Shown in pieces: positions 26,113-39,615 of a DNA stretch of 64,000 nucleotides. Source of the stretch: Octopus vulgaris. Its lineage: Eukaryota. Made by a program: the position numbers and the translations under genes. The notes under the pieces were generated by a model. That model was given only the letters and a program-made list of their open reading frames with translations, had not been told where the DNA came from and did not search any database. Each line of letters opens with the position of its first letter. Positions within the stretch are counted from its first letter, which is position 1. The stretch is from NCBI GenBank assembly GCA_951406725.2, contig OX597818.1, forward strand, positions 136,028,001 through 136,092,000, read 5' to 3'.

Positions 26113-26734
26113 TTGTATATAAAGTTTGAAGAGGTTATTACAAGCCCACGATTTAACTTATAAGTGTCCTTTAATTAAGAGGCTTTTATGCAACGATGGT
26201 GTTCTAGAAGTTTTTTCTTTTGTCAAAAAGGATTTTGTTGTGTCCCATGACACAGGAGTAAAGTTCAAGTTAAGTTTGTCGACTAGTGAAATTATTTTTC
26301 GCTTTTTTTTATATAGAAGAATTTGTCTAGACTCGGTGGACATAGACATGTAGATGAAGTTGTTGTTCAACTCTAGGTCAACCTTGACTGAACAGACTTA
26401 TCATCAGAGGTATTCCAGCCGTGATCATCCACATTTTAGTGAACATATAGGACAGCATTAGTCAATGTATCCCGCTCTCGGTATAAGAAGCTAGGGTGTG
26501 ATTTGAAGGAGAATTGACTGTTATTTTCTTGTAGGTCGAGCGAACACTTAGAGGTTCAAGCAGTAGGTGTTAATCTTGAATTCTTGGTGGTTGGAGGAAA
26601 TGGAGTATCAGAGAGTTGAGAAAAGAAAAAAAAGGACAAAGTTTATTTATTATTTATCTATTTATTTGTTTGTTTTACAATTTAGTCAGCAAGGGCAGCT
26701 TCCACAACCATTTATTTTACTGGAACTCCGATTG

Positions 26735-27117
26735 GGAAGCACTCCGTCGGTTACGGCGACGAGGGTTCCGGTTGATCCGATCAACGGAACAGCCTGCTCG
26801 TGAAATTAACGTGTAAGTGGCTGAGCACTCCACAGACACGTGTACCCTTAACGTAGTTCTCGGGGATATTCAGCGTGACACAGAGAGTGACAAGGTCGGC
26901 CCTTTGAAATACAGGTACAACAGAAACAGGAAGTAAGAGTGAGAGAAAGTTGTGGTGAAAGAGTACAGCAGGGATCACCACCACCCCTTGCCGGAGCGTC
27001 GTGGAGCTTTAGGTGTTTTCGCTCAATAAACACGCACAACGCCCGGTCTGGGAATCGAAACCGCGATCCTATGACCGCGAGTCCACTGCCCTAACCACTG
27101 GGCCATTGCGCCTCCAC
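26735..27117 (-). mobile_element. SINE family B
   Basis: Full-length; TSD tggaactccgat. Confidence 0.93.
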
Positions 27118-27489
27118 TGGAACTCCGATATTGGTAGGAAGAAAGTAGGATGTTATCTTCAAATCGAAGATCTAACAAAATTGCTAGTAACAAATTTGAA
27201 GGCATTCATTTACCACGTAGTAGCGTTAAAGTAGATGATGGATTAAATCTATCCCCTAAAAATTTAGAAGGTTGAGAGTCGGAACAAAGATGTCAAAGGA
27301 ACCCGTCTGATGCTCTAACAATTCTAGCAATCCACCGTTTTGGATTGTTACTTTATTTTATCTGCCCAAAAGGATGAAAAGTATGAATGACCAGAGCAAG
27401 ATTTGATCTCAGATTTCTGAGGGTCGGGAAAAATACTGCAAAGCATTTTGTCTTACATGCTAATAACTTTGCTATTTCTCCGCTATGCT

Positions 27490-28085
27490 TAACCTTTTGC
27501 CAGCCATGATGGAGCGAATTCCAGATGAAGAGTTTTCGCCAGAAGTACTGATAATTCGAAGCCTCGCACAAATTTTGATCTCCTGTAATCAAACACTGAA
27601 TCAGAACAATCCCCAAAACAAATAATATGGAGTTCAGCTAGCCTAGATTTTTCGAAGAGGTAGAGTATTTTTTTTTTGCCATACACTACACCAAATGACA
27701 ATTAATACGGATTGCTGATCACATACACTACTAATATGAGAAAATGTGAAAAATGAAATCAGGGCGAATCCAAGGTTTGGGAGTGGTCGTTCCACTCGCT
27801 TGAAATCTAGTGGAGCACAACACACAAAATACCAGCAGTTCAACCTTTGTTATTAACTTGAAACTTCTGACAAACCACTCTTAAGTATCTATTCGTCGAC
27901 GATTATTTGTCGGCCAATGTTTCGAAGGAAGTCTGGAGAACCATTTCAAGTGTAACCATGGTTGTAGATTTAAAACTAATGGAAGTATTTTTTACAAAGG
28001 TGTTTTAAAACAAAGTAACGACAAAAACATGTCGGCTGTTTTGTAATCATTCTGCAGTTTACATATTCGGATTTCACTGGTATAT
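27490..28085 (-). pseudogene. Possible very decayed Tc1/mariner-superfamily transposase
   Basis: Minus-strand fragments KRVERP (cf. RSGRP), VIWCSVW (cf. V.VWCG.W) and LYLFEK (cf. GPYFFE) in different frames. Confidence 0.35.
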
Positions 28086-28245
28086 ATCTAAGAACTCTCA
28101 ACTTGTTCAGCTTGAGTTCGATGTAGTCTATCAAAATAATATATTGTTTCAACTATGGGCATAAAGTCTGACGTTTTGTTGGAAGGGGGTCTAGTCGATT
28201 ACAACGACTGCAGTACTCAACTGGTATTTATTTCAAAAAATTGAA

Positions 28246-29220
28246 GGCGGCGAGTTGGCAGAAACGTTAGCACGCCGGGCGAAATGCTTAGCGGTATTTC
28301 GTCTGCCGTTACGTTCTGAGTTCAAATTCCGCCGAGGTCGACTTTGCCTTTCATCCTTTCGGGGTCGATATATTAAGTACCAGTTACGTACTGGGGTCGA
28401 TGTAATCGACTTAATACCTATGTCTGTCCTTGTTTGTCCCCTCTGTGTTTAGCTCCTTGTGGGTAATAAAGAAATAGAAATAGGTATTTCGTCTGCCGCT
28501 ACGTTCTGAGTTCAAATTCCGCCGAGGTTGACTTTGCCTTTCATCCTTTCGGGGTCGATAAATTAAGTACCAGTTCCGCACTGGGGTCGATGTAATCGAC
28601 TTAATACCTATGTCTGTCCTTGTTTGTCCCCTCTGTGTTTAGCCCCTTGTAGGTAATAAAGAAATAGGTATTTCGTCTGCCGTTACGTTGTGAGTTCAAA
28701 TTCCGCCGTGGTCGATTTTGCCTTTCATCCTTTCGGGGTCGATAAATTAAGTACCAGTTCCGCACTGGGGTCGATGTAATCGACTTAATACCTATGTCTG
28801 TTCTTGTTTGTCCCCTCTGTGTTTAGCCCCTTGTGGGTAATAAAGAAATAGGTATTTCGTCTGCCGTTACGTTGTGAGTTCAAATTCCGCCGAGGTCGAC
28901 TTTGCCTTTCATCCTTTCGGGGTCGATAAATTAAGTACCAGTTCCGCACTGGGGTCGATGTAATCGACTTAATACCTATGTCTGTCCTTGTTTGTCCCCT
29001 CTGTGTTTAGCCCCTTGTGGGTAATAAAGAAATAGGTATTTCGTCTGCCGTTACGTTGTGAATTCAAATTCCGCCGTGGTCGACTTTGCCTTTCATCCTT
29101 TCGGGGTCGATAAATTAAGTACTAGTTCCGCACTGGGGTCGATGTAATCGACTTAATACCTATGTCTGTCCTTGTTTGTCCCCTCTGTGTTTAGCCCCTT
29201 GTGGGTAATAAAGAAATAGG
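28246..29220 (+). repeat. Tandem array of SINE-A: one full copy plus four 184-bp headless units
   Basis: Junction gaaataggtatttcgtc at 28483, 28667, 28851 and 29035; flanking duplication ggtatttatttca (28223-28235 / 29219-29231); nested in an older antisense A-like copy. Confidence 0.95.
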
Positions 29221-30137
29221 TATTTATTTCATCAATTCTGAAAGGATGAACGGTGAAGCCGACATAGACAGGATTTGAACTGAGAACGTAAAGAGCCGGA
29301 AGAAATGTCGCTAAACATTTTATCCAACGTGCTAACGATCAGCTCACAGCTTTAGTGTATCAGATAATATGACACAGTGTCGTGTTACATTGTAATAAAC
29401 AGTAGTAGTTCAGTATCATGCTATACGAGAGTTGTATGCGAGCAACTTATAGTAGAGACATGTACTAAATGTACATTGATCCAGTGGGTGGTTGTTAGTC
29501 CTTTTGGTGCAGTGGAGGACAAAAATAAATAAACAAATAATAACAACACTCAACCTGACTTCGTGGTATACTTCACATGGAAGTCACATAAAAAAAAAAA
29601 GCTGTTTTAATGTTTAATATGTAGGAACAATACAGAACACCATTGTTTACCGTATTTTATTAATCATACTTGTGCATGACATAATTATGAATAACACGTT
29701 TTTCAAGATGTTCAAGTACAATAGACTTTCTAAATCCTTAAATTATATTTTAAAAAATTCGCGCTGCACCTTTTGAGAACCACTGCACTAATCTCCATAT
29801 CAAAGACGACTGTTTTCTTTTTATCCAGTGAACTGTAACCAATAATCTAGTAACAACACCATTGTCGTGTGAAAAACTACAGCAAGCGCCTTCCGACACA
29901 ATAATGCTCTTGAACAATAATTACATTGTGTACAGCCTTACATCCAATAAAGCGTTATGTCAAATTAGGACAGAATCGAGCATTTATTACAGTTTCTGGC
30001 ATTCACACACCGTATCATTTGCTACAGTTAATATAAATGGTAGTTGCTACAGTTGTAACAATAATGTAATAGGTTTTTTTTGTGCAAAGAAATAAGCTGA
30101 GTTAGTTTTAACTGAATGTGTACTATGAAAGACAGAA

Positions 30138-30186
<49 letters not shown>

Positions 30187-30475
30187 AGATAAGAAAATGG
30201 AGAAATACATCTAAATCAAATATCAATTACCAGATAATACTCAATCACATACTTTATTAAACCACCACATAAGAGACTGTAGGGTTAAACATAAAAAAAA
30301 GCAGAACAAATCAGTGTACATAAAGGAATGTATGGATATATGTTATCCCATGGAGGGTTGCATTTACAACCCCTATCTCAATTTGTATATATATATTTCC
30401 TGAGCGTCAAATAATACTTTAATTGTTCCACGTCCTCGCGTTGCTGTGTTTTTTTCTGTGTTTTCTTGTTTGGAT

Positions 30476-30539
<64 letters not shown>

Positions 30540-30540
<1 letters not shown>

Positions 30541-30929
30541 TAGCAGTATCGCCCGGCGTTGCTCGGGTTTGTAAGGGAAATAACTATATAAGCATTTTTA
30601 GAGAGTTATAGCCAAAAAATAGCAAAAAAAATGCATTAAAAATTGAAAAAAAAATTAAGGTAAATTTTTTTTAAATCGTTGACACATCGTAGATATTTTT
30701 AGAGAGTTACTTCCCTTATATAAAAGCGAAAAAATGCATTAAAATGGAAAAATATGATGGTAAATTTTTTTTAAATCGTAGACTCATCGTAGACGCGCGC
30801 TAATACCCAGAAGGGCTCGATATGAATCACGACTATAAGATACCCGGTTTTGGTTAAACTGCACCGCAAAATGTGGGAGTAATTACGAATGTAAATCGAA
30901 GGGGACAGACACACACTCTTATATAAAGA
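30540..30929 (-). mobile_element. Non-autonomous Helitron
   Basis: Reverse complement of the 25721/61070 family: a|ctagcagtatcgcccggcgttgctcggg .. atataaaga|t. Confidence 0.87.
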
Positions 30930-32429
30930 TGCTTTTTTTTTCAGTCATAGAGTTAGATTTATGAAGGTCTTCAGTAGAAAATCCTTCGAATTCTGACTCG
31001 CTGCTTGATATAATGAAATTCGTATCCATTTTTTGTCAGAATTACAAATTTTGAAAACACAATAGGAACAAATTTCGGAAAAAAATCTCCCATAATTCAC
31101 GGAATTAAAATTACACTTCGATTTTTGTACAAAACTGTATTTGAAGTGTTTACGAAGTATAATACGTGTTTTCACGAATGTACTAAAGAGATTTACTCTG
31201 ATATTCTCATTTAAATATGAATAGGTAAATTCGGGCGGTTTGGTAACGAAAGGGTTTATATAAGTGTCGTCTGTTTATACATAAACACTGTTTCATAGTT
31301 TCAGTTTAGTCTTCCTCAAATCACTGTCGCTAATTTACTCTCTTCCAAGAACATTTTCACTCACTGTTATCTGTTAGCTTCCCATACATTTTACTCATGT
31401 ATCTATCAGCGTGATAGACAGAAACAAATATTACATTTACTTTCATTTTATTCGTTGCCCACTGTGTGTGTGCGTTTGCGTGTGGTGTAAACCAGACTAA
31501 GAAAAGCATTTGACACACACACCAGAATGTGAGTTTTCTGTAAATTTTGCTTAATTGGAGTTTAAATTTTAAAAACTGGACCTGGCATGACGCGATGCAT
31601 TGTACTCTTAAAACTGCTAGGTAAATTGTAATTGAAGAAATCCTATATTGTAGATTTGTATAACTCCCAAAGGGAGGCAGATAAAATCTGCCTTTTATAA
31701 TAAGAGATGTATATATCTTGTTGTTCCGAAAATCCAGGAAGCACAATGGTGGAAAAAATGTATATAAAAGGAACAAATAAGAGATATGCGAGTGTGTGTG
31801 TGTGTGGCTTTTACTTGTTTCAGTCATTGGACTGCGGCCATGCTGTGGCACCACCTTGAAGGGTTTAGTCGGATAACTTGACTCCAGCACTTATTCTTAA
31901 GTTTGGTATTATTCTATCGTATCTTTTTGACGAACCACATAGTTGGTCGGATGCAAATCAACACTGGTTGTCAAGCAGTGGTGGAGGACAGACACTCACA
32001 CACAAATGCTTACACACAATGCAAAGATATATATATATATGCGATTAGTGTAAGCGGTGCCGATTTTACACTTCTGTAATGATTTTATAAACTTAAAGCT
32101 TATAAGTGTTAACCATGCATTGACTAAGGTAAATAGTCTAATATCGGGGCAAACAAGCCTTTGATAGACAAGAAAAGTAGCGCTTGCCGTACGAATGGGT
32201 CTCGAATCCACACCTCTATGCATTTGAGAGAAGTATGGCACCTTTACACTAACGTACCCTTAGCGTCCTTCCGTCAGATTTAAGAACTATAATTTCATAA
32301 TGTTGTTTGAGAGGGAGTGAGAAAAAGTAATAGCAATGAGACAGAGGAAGGGGCAAAGAGAGCCTTCGTGTATCTATCTTCTACTATGATAATACTCAAA
32401 CATATGAATAAATGAGGAAATTCTACGGT

Positions 32430-32655
32430 GAAAAAAAATCAAACAGCGTTTCAACTCTGTGTGAGTATATGTGTGTGTATGTAAAAGGGAGGTATGTGAA
32501 TGTTTGTGTGTGTGCGTGTGTGTGCGCGAGCTTGCGGGCACAATGGAAGTGGGATGGTGAACATTCAACGCTGAAAAGAAAAAAATCAAACAGCGTTTCA
32601 ACTCTGTGTGAGTATATGTGTGTACAAGGGAAGTATGTGAATGTTTGTATGTGTG
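32430..32655. repeat. Direct duplication, ~148-bp period
   Basis: aaaaaatcaaacagcgtttcaactctgtgtgagtatatgtgtgt..aaggga.gtatgtgaatgtttgt occurs twice. Confidence 0.85.
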
Positions 32656-32771
32656 AACCAACGTTCTTTCAGTAACAACCGTTGATCGATGTCACATCTC
32701 AAAAGACAACCACCAAATAATATTGACAAGTGTATTGATTTGATTTACCATCCATATTCTATCCCCTAATA

Positions 32772-33153
32772 GTGGAGGCGCAATGGCCCAGTGGTTAGGG
32801 CAGCGGACTCGCGGTCGTAGGATCGCGGTTTCGATTCCCAGACCGGGCATTGTGAGTGTTTATTGAGCGAAAACAACTAAAGCTCCACGAGGCTCCGGCA
32901 GGGGATGGTGGTGATCTCTGCTGTACTCTTTCACCACAACTTTCTCTCACTCTTACTTCCTGTTTCTGTTGTACCTGTATTTCAAAGGGCCGGCCTTGTC
33001 ACTCTCTGTGTCACGCTGAATATCCATGAGAACTACGTTAAGGGTACACGTGTCTGTGGAGTGCTCAGTCACTTACACGTTAATTCCACGAGCAAGCTGT
33101 TCCGTTGATCGTATCAGCTGGGACCCTCATCGTCGTAACCGACGGAGTGCTCC
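32772..33153 (+). mobile_element. SINE family B (mosaic 3' end)
   Basis: TSD ctatcccctaa; 3' diagnostic bases shared with 59629-59948. Confidence 0.92.
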
Positions 33154-33964
33154 TATCCCCTAACAGACGAAATAACTCTAAATAAGATATTGAATGAAAC
33201 AAAACTGTTTTCGAAGAAGAGAATATATTCCCATAGAAACAGTAACTCATTAGTTTGAAAACAGTGAATAACATTTTAAAATTTTGATTTAAAGACACCG
33301 CATCTCGCGGATTTCCAGAATTTTTTTCACAGAACCCCCGTCGGGGAACACGAACCCCCCCCTATTTATTGGGATAACTGTGACAAGTAAGAAGAGCTGA
33401 GCTTCGGATGAAAACGTCTTTAAACTGTTTACTTTTGTGCTTTTCGTCTACGTTCAGAGTTCGAATATTTGTCGAGGTCAACTTTGCCTTTTATTCCTCC
33501 GAGGACTAATAAAATAAGTACAATACCAGATATTTACTGGGTCTATATAAGCAACTATACCCCCTATCTCACTTCCCATCCACACACTCATTGTGCAGTA
33601 CCAATGTTAGAAATGTAAAACCTTCAAGATTATTTTTGTTTCATCGTACGATTTGCTGATATTTGTTTTCTAAACAACTTTCTCTATTATCATTTGGAAA
33701 TTGTATGTTCAAAGATAACACAACCCCCGCAAAGAAAGAAAAAAATTACAACGAAAAAGGAAAACAAAAATTAGGAGTTCGTCACAAACCTTGTTATAGT
33801 TAGTGGGTCATTCAACTCAAACGTTATCGTAGAAATCTTGTTTCACCAAAAAATTCTATTCAGATGCGGTCCTGTTTTTCGTTATGTATTCTGTTCTGAT
33901 GGGTGCTTAGATTCTAAGCTGAAGCATCATCGTTGTTAGTGTTAGCTTGTTAAGTAGTTCATGT

Positions 33965-33966
<2 letters not shown>

Positions 33967-34047
<81 letters not shown>
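33967..34047. repeat. (GA)n microsatellite
   Basis: Direct reading. Confidence 0.97.
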
Positions 34048-34049
<2 letters not shown>

Positions 34050-35584
34050 AGCTAGCTAGCTTGAACACGTTTTGTATTTAGGGATTGGTGAGATATGTGT
34101 CAGTAAATAAATGGTCGGCTCTAACTGAAACACCATCAGAACATTGTTAAGTGGAGGATTAGAAAAGTAGGTTGCATATTATGATTTGGAAAAAGTACTG
34201 TTGGTGAGTTTGTTGATCAGAAAGATTCTCAGATTCTCACCGGTAGATTGCAAGTTGTAAAGATCCTGTCGAAGGGTTGTAAATTGTAAAGATACTACTA
34301 TAGGGTGGATTGTAAATTGTGACTATGCCGTTGTAAAGATATTGTTGGGCGGGCTGCAAATTAAAAAAAAGTGCTGTTGGGTGGGTTATAGAACAGTTTT
34401 GACAGTCTTGCTGGAGCGGTGACTCACTATGAATGGATTGCGGTTTTGTTGTTAATTTGAAGGGTGCTGTCGGGTAAGTAAATAATTATTAAAAAAAGAG
34501 GAAGTTAACAAAGGTTGTTGGGGTAGCAATTATTCTAACCCGTGCAGATCATCATAAGCAGGAGAGTCTGATATTGAAACACAGCCTGAGTATTAGTGTT
34601 TTGAAAGTATGGATGAAAAACACGAACAAAGGAAAGAAGGAATTCCAGAGAAAATGCTGTTCTAGGGAGGAAGGAAGAAAGGTTGAGTGTTTGGTAAGAA
34701 ATGTTGGATAAAATGAGGTACAGTGGAGAGTTACAGCATGTCGGGTGGACGTGGATGGAGATGGTGTGTTTAATGAGGTGTATCGGAGGAGGTGGGTTAA
34801 AAAAAAAGAAGAAAATATACCATATTTTGAACGGATCTGGACGGGAGTAATATGTAATTAGCTAATTCAGAGGAGCTGAGGAGCGGCTGAAGAGGAGGAA
34901 CAACGTGACTTGGAGTGGTTGTGGTGTATTGTTGTGATGGTTGAACGAAGTTGGTGAATGAGTATTTATCAATCAGTCGAATGACCAGTTTTCGTGAATT
35001 CAATCTATGACGTTCGTTTATACTGCAGCAGTAGAAAGCCAAAAAACATGAACAGTAGTACACTGTTTATGTAGCAGTACCTTCCATGGATGTAGGTTGT
35101 GCTCTAGTGTGTATGTTTTAGGTTTTACAAACTGTCACCAACCAATCAAGTATTTCATGCTACTAAAAGAGAATCTTAGATTTTGTGATGCAGTTTTGTT
35201 GCAGACGTGTAATTGCTATGAAAAATTACCAGAAATTGCGAGGTCTGACTTTTCTAGCAAATTTGAAGTCCTTAATTATGCTTTATTGACGACAAAATAG
35301 CCTGAAGTACAAGGGCGAACGTTGTTAATGTTCTATTCTGAGATATTGCGCTGTCGAAAGAGGAAAAGGCCTCCTGGCCCCGTTGAAAAATGCTGACATA
35401 GCTTTGTTCGTGGAATGTATAGCGATAGAGGTTTAAGGTACGTGTCAATGACACCTGTGAGTGATGAGTTACAGAGTAAGATGTGCTGCTGGGTGGATTG
35501 TAAACTGGGAAATTAGCAGTTAGGTGATTTGTTGATATAAGATGTTGTTGGTGATTTCCCAACCATCAAGAATGTCTCAATAAC

Positions 35585-36175
35585 GGTTTCAAATTTTGGC
35601 ACAATATTTTGGGGCCAAGGAGCAAGGGATAAGTCGGTTACATAGACTCCAGTGATCAACAGATCCTTTGTTTTTTATCGATCCCGAAAGGATGAAAGGT
35701 AAAGTCGACTTCGGCGGAATTTGAACTTAAAACATAAAGACGGACGAAATACCTATTTCTTTACTACCCACAAGGGGCTAAACACAGAGAGGACAAACAA
35801 GGATAGACAAACAGATTAAGTCGATTATATCGACCCCAGTGCGGAACTGGTACTTACTTAATCGACCCCGAAAGGATGAAAGGCAAAGTCGACCTCGGCG
35901 GAATTTGAACTCAGAACGTAGCGGCAGACGAAACACCGCTAAGCATTTGCCCGGCGTGCTAACGTTTCTGCCAGATCGCCGCCTTAATGTGTTTTAACAG
36001 TGGTTTCAAATTTTGGCACAAGGCTAGTAATTTCAGGCGAAAGAGTAAGTCGATTTCATCGATTCACCCAGTGATCAGCTGATACTTATTTTATTGACCC
36101 AGAAAGGATAAAAGGTAAAATCGATCTCGGTGGAATTTGAACTAAGAACGTAAAGACAGACGAAATGTCGCTAAG
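35585..36175 (-). mobile_element. Cluster of three SINE-A units (young copy 35752-35983 between older-tail units)
   Basis: Three cores gaaaggat(g/a)aaagg; junction cggacgaaatacctatttc at 35740-35760. Confidence 0.85.
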
Positions 36176-36481
36176 TACTTATAATAAAATAAGTACTAGT
36201 CATGTACTGGGGTCGATGTAATCAACGTCCCTCAAGATTGCTGACCTTGTACCAAAATTTGAAATCAATATAAGCTGTGTCAGTGACAAAATTTATATGA
36301 ATATTCCTAAAGGACAAAGGCCCGTCGCCAGACTTTGGTGTCTGGGGTGCTTCAGAATATCAAGGATTGGCACTTATTTGTATTGTGGGAAGATTTTGGT
36401 AAACTGTATTTTCTAAATCTGAGGGTGTACTATTGAATAGTGAGGGGGAAGAACCGTCCAGTGCACCCCTTAACGACGAAC

Positions 36482-36865
36482 GTGGAGGCGCAATGGCCCA
36501 GTGGTTAGGGCAGCGGACTCGCGGTCATAGGATTGCGGTTTCGATTCCCAGACCGGGCGTTGTGAGTGTTTATTGAGCGAAAACTCCTAAAGCTCCACGA
36601 GGCTCCGGCAGGGGATGGTGGTGATCCCTGCTGTACTCTTTCACCACAACTTTCTCTCACTCTTACTTCCTGTTTCTGTTGTACCTGTATTTCAAAGGCC
36701 CGGCCTTGTCACACTCTGTGTCACGCTGAATATCCCCGAGAACTACGTCAAGGGTACACGTGTCTGTGGAGTGCTCAGCCACTTACACGTTAATTTCACG
36801 AGCAGGCTGTTCCGTTGATTCGGATCAACCGGAATCCTCGTCGTCGTAACCGACGGAGTGCTTCC
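36482..36865 (+). mobile_element. SINE family B
   Basis: Full-length; TSD ttaacgacgaac. Confidence 0.93.
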
Positions 36866-37304
36866 ATTTTAACGACGAACATGCATTGATGTTTTAAATG
36901 ACTGTCTGTTTCTGTCTCACACACAGAATCGTGTTTTTTTGTAATTCGGTAATTATTATTTTTAGTAACAGATTTCTCTTCTTGACCCTGGTAAATGTTA
37001 TAGCTAACACTAAACCATAAATGACATTGATAGTATGGCTAAATGACAATCTTACAGAAGAACTAGCAATGCATCCCGGCGTTGCCCGGGTGTTATGACC
37101 TACAGCCACATTGTATAATTTGTTTCTTTCTTATGAGCAGAATTGGCACAGCTGATTTACAGTGAACTGGATTCCTGGCGTAATGGAAGTTATTGTTTGT
37201 TTGAAAGTAAAGGAGGAGGGTGCAATGGGTTTGCATGAAAGTGCTTTCTGTTCTTAAAAAGGATCACAAACTATGTATTGTTTCATCGTATAAAAGGAGG
37301 CTAA

Positions 37305-37931
37305 TACGATTTTGCCCAGAAATTACATTTTCAAAATTTTTATTTCCCCCGTCACCACTACAATTTCTTAATTTGTAACTTTTTTCAATTTTTTTTATCC
37401 ACGTAGAAAAATACAGAGACTACGAGTCTGGGAATTATATACATATTTTTAAAGTTTAATTTTTCTTAAAGAAATATCCCTTCCCCCACCTCGCCCACCC
37501 ATCACCTACCCGCTTTCAAAAAGCTAAAACCTCCCAATGTTTCACTCTCGTCTGATATTTCACGCATACGTAGAATTGTCCTGAAATAGCAGACATAAAA
37601 AATACCAGAACATCATCAGAAAACCTGACATGCTAGAAACAACAGGTAAACGACATTATTTCTGAAAGAAACTTGTCTGCTTTCTAAAAAGCTAAAAGGG
37701 AAACATTAGGAATTTGTAGCTTTTTGAAAGTGGTGAAGCGACGGGTTTTTGGAAAGATTTTGGTGTTTCTTTAAGAAAAAAAGGATGAAGAAAATTCTTA
37801 AAGATTCGCACTCTCTGTTTTTTCTCCGTGAATTACTATGAAAAAAATTTGGAAAGAAAGTAAAAATGAAGAAATTGGGGTGGGGAGGGAGAGAACTAAA
37901 ATACTGAGAACGTGATTTTTAGGCGAAATCC
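37305..37931. mobile_element. Old MITE / inverted repeat (~240-bp decayed arms)
   Basis: gattttgcccagaaattac / gtgatttttaggcgaaatc; gctttcaaaaagcta..aatgtttc / gaaacatt..tagctttttgaaagt; ttcttaaagaaat / tttctttaagaa. Confidence 0.6.
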
Positions 37932-38487
37932 CAATCTGTATCGAAAAGATAAGAATTGGAAGAAATTTAGGAACAAAATAAGGATGGGGGCGCAAATATC
38001 ACATTGGACATGCTAGAAACAATAGGTAAAGGACGGGATTTCAGGGAAAACTTCTTTTACGTTTGTATCGAAGATCAGGTTTTTAAATACGCTCATCACA
38101 AACATAAATTACAGAATAGGAAAAAGTCTTTTCAGTTGGATTTGAGATGTAGTTTTGCGCATGAACACAGCAAGAAATAACATAATTCGTACAGAAGTTT
38201 TATCTAGTGTGTGTGTGTATGACAAAGGAAGTTATTTTATGGCATTCTTTTGTTTGAAGCAGCAAAGTTGTCAACTCGATCATAAGGGATCGTATGATTG
38301 TTCGATAATTTTTAAAAATTTCTTTATGCTTTGAAGAGAGCAGAAATTGAAAGAGAGGAGAAAGTGAAAAGGTGACATTGGCTTTTAAGTGAGAGCAGAA
38401 AGTAAAAGAGAGAAGAAAGTGAAAGATATATGTACGTATATATGAAATGGACGTGTGTGTGTGTGTATATATATATATATGCGTGCA

Positions 38488-38539
<52 letters not shown>

Positions 38540-38677
38540 AGGGAGAGAGAGTAAGTGAAGGTGTGTGTTGTCATGTACGTATTTTTTGTTTGTATGTGTA
38601 AGTGGCACTTATTTACGATGTTATTTTAGTAGTATGAAAGAGTTGTGACAAAAACATAGTTTATTTGGTAGCCTTTA

Positions 38678-39132
38678 TATTGGATCATTCCATTCAACAG
38701 TTATGATCGGAGTTTGTTCCACCAGGGTTTGCAGGATGTCCTTGTCGAGCTCTTCAGATCTTCCGGGACGAGGCTCGTCTTCTAGGCTGTAGTTTTCGGC
38801 TCGGAATTTCTGAAACGACCGTTGACGCTGGTTTACGCTTGTTGTCCGATCCTCGTATACTGCATTAATATTCATCGCACTTTCCGTTGCATTGTTGCCT
38901 TTATTGAACTCATAAAGCAAAATATGCCGAATATGCTCCTTTGTCACTTCCATTATAACTTTGAAAAAATAATTGTTAAAATCGAACTGCACTCTTCAAA
39001 ACTTGGACTAAGAATAAGGCCAAGGTAAAATTACTACCTACTTTTATAGCAAGTAGATGCAGGTAGTTTATCTCGTCACCCTCTGACTTTTAGTTCATGC
39101 AATTGAAAAAACCGCATTGTGTATGGGATGAA

Positions 39133-39138
<6 letters not shown>
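38678..39138 (-). mobile_element. Internally deleted mariner (transposase N-terminus, both TIR ends)
   Basis: MEVTKEHIRHILLYEFNKGNNATESA..FQKFRAENYSLEDEPRPGRS; ends tattggatcattccat / atgggatgaaccaata. Confidence 0.85.
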
Positions 39139-39227
<89 letters not shown>

Positions 39228-39536
39228 GTGATAAGCAGCTTTCTTTATTATAGTACAGATGTGACTAATTCGGAGAAAATTACTTATTCACACATCGTCA
39301 CTCTCATAATGCAATACTTTTGTACTTTTAGTTCAAATTGAAAGTGTGAAACTATTTACACATTCTTATGGAACCTGGTCGTTGTAGAGCAGTATGTTTC
39401 AAATAACTAAGGCTGGTTGTGGAGATAACGTAGAAAATATGTAAATGAAAATAAAGTTTCTTGGTAGCCGAAAGATTACTGAATGTTTTGATACCCCATA
39501 CATCAAAATTGGCAGCTCAGTTTTCGAATGCATGAG

Positions 39537-39615
<79 letters not shown>

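Noticed and set aside
28246-29220. CRISPR-like or functional ncRNA array
   Set aside because: Units are contiguous SINE copies without unique spacers; eukaryotic context, no cas genes
32185-32260. tRNA-like T-arm (ggattcgagaccc, minus strand)
   Set aside because: No D-arm or anticodon arm recoverable; at most a decayed tRNA-derived fragment
34100-35560. Strand-skewed region resembling an ancient LINE
   Set aside because: No diagnostic motif clear enough to call; left unannotated
36482-36556. tRNA-Arg gene
   Set aside because: The tRNA-like head continues into the SINE body with a TSD; no complete cloverleaf or terminator
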